This document shows, piece after piece, positions 11,501-20,500 of a DNA stretch of 64,000 bases. Within the stretch, counting starts at the first letter, position 1, and every line of letters starts with the position of its first letter. A program made the translations under genes and the position numbers. This DNA is from Candidatus Latescibacterota bacterium. Its GTDB lineage: Bacteria; Latescibacterota; UBA2968. Location: contig OZ242010.1 in NCBI GenBank assembly GCA_965204745.1, forward strand, positions 160,001 through 224,000, read 5' to 3'. Under the pieces are notes generated by a model. The model did no database searches and had not been told where the DNA came from. It was given only the letters and a program-made list of their open reading frames with translations.

Positions 11501-14500
11501 GTCACGGTTACCGTCTTGTCCCCCGAAGCGATGTTGTTGTTCACCGTCGTGATCGTCACGGTGCCGGTGCTCGTCGTCTCGCCCGCCGCTATCGTCAGCG
11601 TCTTCGCCGTGCTCAGCGTGTAATCGCCTACAACCGCAGGTAATACAGGCGTTACTGAAACCGTGATCGTCGTCGCCGCGCTTGATGGGCGATTCAGCGT
11701 CGCCGTCACGGTTGAAACTGCGACGTTCTCCGAAATCGACGTAGGCGCCACCGCCATCGTTACCTCCGGCGCGGCCTCATCCTCTGTGATCGTCAAAGTC
11801 GCGTCGGGCACATTGCCCACGCCTTGGGCATTGCCCGCCGCACCGGATACGGTCACGCGCTTGTTCGGCGCATGGGTCGTGTTGTTCACGGCCGTGATCG
11901 TCACACTGCCCGTGCTCGTCGTCTCGCCTGCCGCGAAGGTCAGTGTCTTCATGGTCGATAGCGTGAAATCGCCCGCAACCGCAGGCGATACAGCCTCCGC
12001 TGATACCGTGATCGTCGTCGCTTCGCTCGACTTGTGAGACAAGGTCGCCGTGATCGTGGAAACGCCGCTCGCCTCTGAAATTGACGCGGGCGACAGCGAC
12101 AGCGCCACCGTCGGCGCGGCCTCATCGTCGGTGATCGTCAGCGTCACATCAGACGGGGCAGACGCCAGATTGCCAGCCGCCACCGTTGCAGACACGGTCA
12201 CGCGCTTGTCCGGCGCATCGGTCGTATCGTTCACCGATGTGATCGTCACGCTGCCCGTGCTCGCCGTCGCATTCGCCGCAATCGTCAGCGTGGTCGCGGC
12301 CGATAGCGTGAAATCACCCGCAACCGCAGGCGATACAGCCTCCGCTGAAACCGTGATCGTCGTCGCCGTGGTCGCGGGGCGATTTAGTGTCGCCGTTATG
12401 GTCGAAACCTTGGCATTTTCAGAAATCGACGTCGGAGACAAAACCAACGTCACCTGCGCCATGTCGTCATCGGTAATCGTCAGCGTCGCAGCCGTGACCG
12501 ATCCCGTGCCCACGCTGTTGGATGGCGTGCCCGTCACGGTCACCATCCTGGCCCCCGAAGCGATGTTGTTGTCCACCGTCGTGATGACCACCATGTCCGA
12601 TGTGTTCGCCGTTTGCTCGGCTGCGATGACAATCGTCGAATCCGTCGCCCCCACCGTGTAAGCACCAGGCACCGAGCGCACGGTGATCGTCGTCGCCGCG
12701 CTCGATGGGCGATTCAGCGTCGCCGTCACGGTTGAAACCGCGCCAGTCTCCGCAATCGACGTAGGTGACACCGCCATCGTCACGTCCGGCGGGTCCTCAT
12801 CCTCTGTGATCGTCAACGCCGTGCCGGTCACACTACTGCCCACGCCTTGGTCGTTGCTCACCTCAACGGGCACGGTCACACTGTTGTTCGGCGCATGAAT
12901 CATGTTGTCCACTGCTGTGATGAGCACCGTATCCGTCGCGTTCGCCGTTTGCCCGGCCGCGATGACAATCGTCGAATCCGTCGCACCCACCGTGTAAGCA
13001 CCAGGCACCGAGCGCACGGTGATCGTCGTCGCCGCGCTCGATTCGTGAGACAGGGTCGCCGTGATCGTGGAAACGCCGCTCGCCTCTGAAATTGACGCGG
13101 GCGACAGCGACAGTGCCACCGTCGGCGCGGCCTCATCGTCGGTGATCGTTAGGGTCACGGCAGACGGGGCAGACGCCATATTGCCACCCGTCGCTGTTCC
13201 AGACACGGTTACGCGCTTGTCCGGTGCATCGGTCGTATCGTTCACCGATGTGATCGTCACGGTACCGGTGCTCGTCGTCACACTCGCCGCGATAGTCAGC
13301 GTGGTCGCGGTCGATAGCGTGAAATTGCCCGCAACCGCAGGCGATACAGCCTCCGCTGATACCGTGATCGTCGTCGCCTCGGTCGCGGGGCGATCTAGCG
13401 TCGCCGTTACGGTCGAAACCTCGGCATTTTCAGAAATCGACGCAGGAGACAAAATCAACATCACCTGCGCCACGTCGTCATCGGCAATCGTCAGCGTCGC
13501 AGGAGTGACCGACGACCCTACGCCCACGCTGTTAGTTGGCGTGCCCGTCACGGTTACCGTCTTGTCCCCCGAAGCGATGTTGTTGTTCACCGTCGTGATC
13601 GTCACGCTGCCCGTGCTCGTCGTCTCGCCCGCCGCGACGGTCAGCGTCTTGTCCGTGCTCAGCGTGTAATCGCCTACAACCGCAGGTAACACAGGCGTTA
13701 CTGAAACCGTGATCGTCGTCGCCGCGCTCGATGGGCGAGACAGCGTCGCCGTCACGGTCGAAACCGCGCCAGTCTCCGCAATTGACGTAGGCTCCACTGC
13801 TATCGTCACGTCCGGCGCGGCCTCATCCTCTGTGATCGTCAACGCCGTGCCGGTCACAATACTGCCCACGCCTTGGTCGTTATGTGGCACAACGGGCACG
13901 GTCACACTGTTGTTCGGCGCATGGGTCGTGTTGTCCACCGCTGTGATGATCACCGTGTCCGTCGCGTTCGCCGTTTGCCCGGCCGCGATGACAATCGTCG
14001 AATCCGTCGCCCCCACCGTGTAAGCACCAGGCACCGAGCGCACGGTGATCGTCGTCGCTTCGCTCGACTTGTGAGACAAGGTCGCCGTGATCGTGGAAAC
14101 GCCGCTCGCCTCTGAAATCGACGCGGGCGATAGGGTCAGTGCCACCGTCGGCGCGGCATCATCGTCGGTGATCGTCAGGGTCACATCATCCGGGGCCGAC
14201 GCCAGATTGCCAGCCGCCACCGTTCCGGACACGGTCACGCGCTTGTCCGGTGCATCGGTCGTATCGTTCACCGATGTGATCGTCACGGTGCCCGTGCTCG
14301 TCGTCACACTCGCCGCGATAGTCAGCGTGGTCGTGGCCGATAGCGTGAAATCGCCCGCAACCGCAGGTGATACAGCCTCCGCTGAAACCGTGATCGTCGT
14401 CGCCGTGGTCGCGGGGCGATTTAGTGTCGCCGTTACGGTCGAAACCTTGGCATTTTCAGAAATCGACGTCGGAGACAAAATCAACGTCACCTGCGCCACG

Positions 14501-17500
14501 TCGTCATCGGCTATCGTTAGCGTCGCAGCAGTGACCGATCCCGTGCCCACGCTGTTAGTTGGCGTGCCCGTCACGGTTACCGTCTTGTCCCCCGAAGCGA
14601 CGCTGTTGTCCACCGTCGTGATTGTCACGGTGCCCGTGCTCGTCGTCTCGCCCGCCGCTATCGTCAGCGTCTTCGCCGTGCTCAGCGTGTAATCGCCTCC
14701 AACCGCAGGTGACACAGGCGTTACTGAAACCGTGATCGTCGTCGCCGCGCTCGATGGGCGAGACAGCGTCGCCGTCACGGTTGAAACCTCGCCAGTCTCC
14801 GCAATCGACGTCGGGGACACCGCTATCGTTACGGCCGACGCGGCCTCATCCTCTGTGATCGTCAACGCCGTGCCGGTCACACTACTGCCCACGCCTTGGT
14901 CGTTACGTGGCACAACGGACACGGTCACACTGTTGTTAGGCGCATGAATCATGTTGTCCACTGCTGTGATGATCACTGTATCCGGCGCGTTCGCCGTTTG
15001 CCCGGCCGCGATGACAATCATCGAATCCGTCGCCCCCACCGTGTAAGCACCAGGCACCGAGCGCACGGTGATCGTCGTCGCTTCGCTCGACTTGTGAGAT
15101 AGGGTCGCCGTGATCGTGGAAACGCCGCTCGCCTCTGAAATCGACGCGGGCGATAGCAACAGTGCCACCGTCGGCGCGGCCTCATCGTCGGTGATCGTCA
15201 GGGTCACATCAGATGGGGCCGACGCCATATTGCCACCCGTCGCTGTTCCAGACACGGTCACTTCCTTGTCCGGTGCATCGGTCGTATCGTTCACCGAGGT
15301 GATCGTCACGGTACCCGTGCTCGTCGTCACACTTGCCGCGATAGTCAGCGTGGTCGTGGCCGATAGCGTGAAATCGCCCGCAACCGCAGGCGATACCGCC
15401 TCCGCTGATACCGTGATCGTCGTCGCCTCGGTCGCGGGGCGATTTAGTCTCGCCGTTACGGTCGAAACCTCGGCATTTTCAGAAATCGACGTCGGAGACA
15501 AAACCAATGTCACCTGCGCCACGTCGTCATCGGCTATCGTTAGCGTAGCAGCCGTGACCGACGACCCTACGCCCACGCTGTTGGATGGCGTGCCCGTCAC
15601 GGTTACCGTCTTGTCCCCCGAAGCGACGCTGTTGTTCACTGTTGTGATCGTCACGGTGCCGGTGCTCGTCGTCTCGCCCGCCGCGACGGTCAGCGTCTTC
15701 GCCGTGCTCAGCGTGTAATCGCCTACAACCGCAGGTAATACAGGCGTTACTGAAACCGTGATCGTCGTCGCCGCGCTCGATGGGCGATTCAGCGTCGCCG
15801 TCACGGTTGAAACCGCGATGTTCTCCGAAATCGACGTAGGTGACACTGCTATCGTCACCTCCGGCGCGGCCTCATCCTCTGTGATCGTCAAAGTCGCGGC
15901 GGTCACACTGCCCACGCCTTGGGCGTTGCGTGGCACAACATTCACGGTCACATCGTTGTCCGGCGCATGGGTCGTGTTGTTCACCGCTGTGATGAGCACC
16001 GTATCAGACGTGTTCGCCGTTTGTCCGGCCGCGATGACAATCGTCGAATCTGTCCCCACCGTGTAAGCCCCGGCCACCGGGCGCACGGTGATCGTCGTCG
16101 CTTCGCTCGACTCGTGAGATAGGGTCGCCGTGATCGTGGAAACGCCGCTCGCCTCTGAAATCGACGCGGGCGATAGCGACAGTGCCACCGTCGGCGGATC
16201 GTCGTCGTCTGTAATCATCAGGGTCACGGCAGACGGGGCAGACGCCAGATTGCCAACCGCCACCGTTGCAGATACGGTCACGCGCTTGTCCGGCGCATCG
16301 GTCGTATTGTTCACCGATGTGATCGTCACAAGACCCGTGCTCGCCGTCGCATTCGCCGCGACGGTCAGCGTCTTCGCGGTCGATAGCGTGAAATCGCCCG
16401 CAACCGCAGGTGATTCCGCCGTAGCTGAAACCGTGATCGTCGTCGCCTTGGTCGTGGGGCGATCCAGTGTCGCTGTGATCGTGGAAACCCCGCCATCCTC
16501 TGAAATCGACGCAGGAGACAAAACCAACATCACCTGCGCCACATCGTCATCGGCTATCGTCAGCGTCGCAAGAGCGACCGTTCTCGTGCTCGCGCTGTTG
16601 TCCACCGCGCTGAACACGGTCACCCTCTTGTCCCCCGAAGCGGTGTTGTTGTCCACGGCCGTGATGACCACCGTGTCCGACGCGTTTGCCGTTTGCCCGG
16701 ACGCGATGATGATCGTCGAATCCATCCCCACCGTGTAAGCCTCGGCCACCGGGCGCACGGTGATCGTCGTCGTCGCGTCCAACGACTGTGTCAGCCTCGC
16801 CGTCACGGTCGAAACGCCGCCGTTTTCCGAGATCGTCGAGGGCGTAAGTGTCAACATCACTATTTCTGGTTGCAGATCAAATTGCACAGTGGTGTCCATG
16901 CCGTCATACTTCAAGACCGGATACTGATTCACCGTGCCAAAGTGCCACGGATCGTCGTCGCCGGGTTGTCCGTCGATGTCGATGTTCCAATTTTCGTAGA
17001 TGCCGGTGTATCCTGTAACGGATACGAGTTCGGCGGTGGTCTTGCTGGTGACGCCGCTGGTGTCGGGGTCAGGGCTGTGGACGGCGCCGATGGCACGGCT
17101 CAGTCCGCTGGTTTCGGTGTCATAGTAGCTGTTGGATATGTCGTTGGTGTTTTGGTTTAAGCCTCCGATAAATCCGCCAGAGCCGTGCCATCGGCGCCAG
17201 TTACCGGCGCGGACGCGGTCAGTGGAGCTGACAGGGCCGATGGCGTAAGAGTTTATTATAACACTGTTAAAAATTCTGCCCACTAGACCGCCGACATACC
17301 TACTGCCGCTGACAGATGCCGTAGAGTAGCTCGTGGAGATCTTTCCGCGGATATCGGTCCGGCCTACTAATCCACCGATAGTGTAACCCCCACGGGGAGA
17401 GGGATCGGGCCACCGCCACTCAATGGGATTGAAACCGGCGACCCTGCCGGTGGTGTAGCAAGCGACAATGGTGCCGTGATTTTGTCCGGCCAGAATACCT

Positions 17501-20500
17501 ACATGAGAAATTCCCGTGATATTGGCGTTGGTTATGCCCAGGGTTTCGACGCGGGAGAAGGCGCCAAGTTTGAAGAACAGGCCGAGGAAATTGGGGTTGG
17601 TGCCGCTACCGTAGATGGTGCGGTTGATGAACAGGTTGTTTATGGTGTGACCGTTGCCCTTGAAGTAGCCTGTGTAGCTGTTGCTGGTTCTGCAACAGGC
17701 GATGGGTAGCCAGCCGGAGCCGCCGTCCCAGTATTTGCCGCTGTGGTCGGTGGCATCTACATCGCCATCGCCATTGCTGTCGAAATCGAGGCTTGCGGTG
17801 AGTTCGTAGCCGACGCAGCGCCCGGACGGGCACCCCATGCGCTCCGCGGCAGCGGTGAAACGGTTGGGGAATGCAGCGTTGTAAGCGTTGTAGTTCATGG
17901 TATCAGCAGGGGCTACGAAACCATCGCCGTTGAGGTCATAGCGTATGGCGTTGAGTTGGTCGAGGTTGGCTACATCGATGTAACCGTCGTTATCCTCGTC
18001 GTAGTCGATCACATTCTCTGTGATCATCAGGGTCACGGTAGACCGGGCCACTGCTCCATTGCCACCCGCCACCGTTGCAGACACGGTCACGCGCTTGTCC
18101 GACGCCTGGATCATATTGTTCGCCGCTGTGATCGTCACAAGGCCCGTGCTCGTCGTCACACTCGCCGCGATAGTCAGCGTGGTCGCGGCCGATAGCGTGA
18201 AATCGCCCGAAACCGCAGGCGGTACCGCCGTAGCTGAAACCGTGATCGTCGTCGCCTCGGTCGCAGGGCGATCCAGCGTTGCCGTGATCGTGGAAACCCC
18301 GCCAGCCTCCGAAATCGACGACGGAGATAAAACCAACGTCGCATGCGGCCGGTCGTCATCGGTAATCGTCAGCGTCGCAGCCGTGACCGTTCCCGTGCCC
18401 GCGCTGTTGTCCACCGCGCTCAACACGGTCACCGTCTTGTCCCCCGCCGTTATGGCGTTGTCCACCGTCGTGATGACCACCGTGTCCGACGCGTTCGCCG
18501 TTTGCCCGGCCGCAATGATGATCGTCGAATCCATCCCCACCGCGTAAGCACCGGTCACGGGCCGCACGGTGATCGTCGTCACCGCGCTCGATGGGCGAGA
18601 CAGGGTCGCCGTCACGGTCGAAACCTCGCCAGTCTCCGCAATCGACGTCGGGGACACCTCCATCGTCACGTCCGGCGGGTCCTCATCCTCTGTGAACGTC
18701 AACTCCGCGGTGACCACGTTTATGCCGTGCCAGTTAGTCACCTGAACCCACACGCCACGGCTGTTGTCCGGCGCATGAATCATGTTGTCCACTGCTGTGA
18801 TGATCACTGTATCCGTGGTCGCCGTTTGCCCGGCCGCGATGGTAATCGTCGAATTCGTCGCCCCAACCGTGTACACGCCAGGCACCGGGCGCACTGTGAT
18901 CGACGTCGGCGCAACCGAACTACCCGATAGCGTCGCCGTGACCGTGGCAACACCGCCGTTCTCCGAAATCGACGACGGGTTCACCGCCATCGTCACTGTC
19001 GGCGTGGACTCATCGTCGGCAATCGTCAGGATCGCGTGCGACGTCGTTATATCGTTTGCCCCTGAAACCGTTGCCGCCACGGTCACGCGCTTCCACGGCG
19101 CATCGATGGCGTTGTCCACCGCTGTGATCGTCACGGTGCCCGTGCTCGTCGTCGCATTTGCCGCTATCGTTAGCGTCTTCGCGGTCGAGAGCGTAAAATC
19201 GCCCGCAACCGCAGGTGCCACCGCTGTCGCCGAGACCGTGACCACCACTGCGGATGTCAGTGGTTTCGTCAATGCTGCCGTCACAGTCGTCTGATTGGCT
19301 GTACCACTCTCGTCGATCTGTCGTGGCGTAAGTATCAATGTCACGAGTCGTGGTTGCAGATTAAATTGCAAGTCGGTGTCCATGTCGGCATACTTCAAGA
19401 CCGGATACTGACTCGCCGTGCCAAAGTGCCACGGATCGTCGTTGCCCCCTTGCCCGTCGATGTCGATGTTCCAGTTTGAGTAGATGCCGGTGTAGCCGGT
19501 AATGGATCGGAGTTCGTGGGTGGTCTTGCCGACGCCGAGCGCGCTGGTGCCTTTCCCACTGCTGTGCATGTCCCAATAGCTGAAGTTTGCGATGTTCGTA
19601 GTCGCTCGTACCCCGCCGCAGGCGAACGTTGCACCACTGTAAGTATAACAGGTGCTTTCGTCATTCGCATTCCCTACTAACCCGCCGGCCCAGCTGGCTT
19701 CGACGCTGGGGTACTCCTCTGCACCACCGACGCCGACGCCGACGGCGGGGAGGACCGCGCCCTGATCACGCTCACTTCTTATTATCCTGCCGAAAGCGTT
19801 GCCTCCGGTGACTATGCCGTTGGCGTAAGAGCTTGATATATGGGTGTTCTGCCACGCAGTGCCTACCAGACCACCGACGTCTCTGACTTCGCTGACATTT
19901 GCCATGGAGTAGCTCGCGTGGATAGTTCCCTGGAAGGAAAAACCGACTAATCCACCGATACTGTGGCTGTTGACCCCCCACGGGGTGAAGTGCGGGGTTG
20001 GGGTGCCTACTGGAGCGAAATCTTGGCCAGAGACCGTGCCGTGTGTGTAGCAGGCGACAATGGTACCTTTGAAAAGTATTCCGGCCAGAATACCTAGGTA
20101 AGAACCTCCTGTGACATTGGCGTTGATTATGCCCAGGGATTCGACGCGGGAGCCGATTCCAAGGCTATAGAACAACCCGAGTTTAGAGACAGAAAAGCCA
20201 ACAGTGCTGGTTCTCTTTATGAACAGGTTTTTTATGGTGTGGCCGTTGCCCTTGAAGTAGCCTAAGTAGCCCGATTGGTGCCCTTGGTCCCCCCCGGGCA
20301 CCCAGTAGCGGTAGTCGTACCTGTCTCCATAGAAGGCCCCAGAGGTTCCGGCGATTGGTCTCCAGCCGCGGCCGTTGTCCCAGTATTTGCCTCCGTGGTC
20401 GTCGGCATCTACATCGCTATCGCCATCGCTGTCGAAGTTGAGGTCGTTCAGCAGTTCGTAGCCGACGCATCCAGAAGTGGGGCAGCCCATGGGTCCAACA

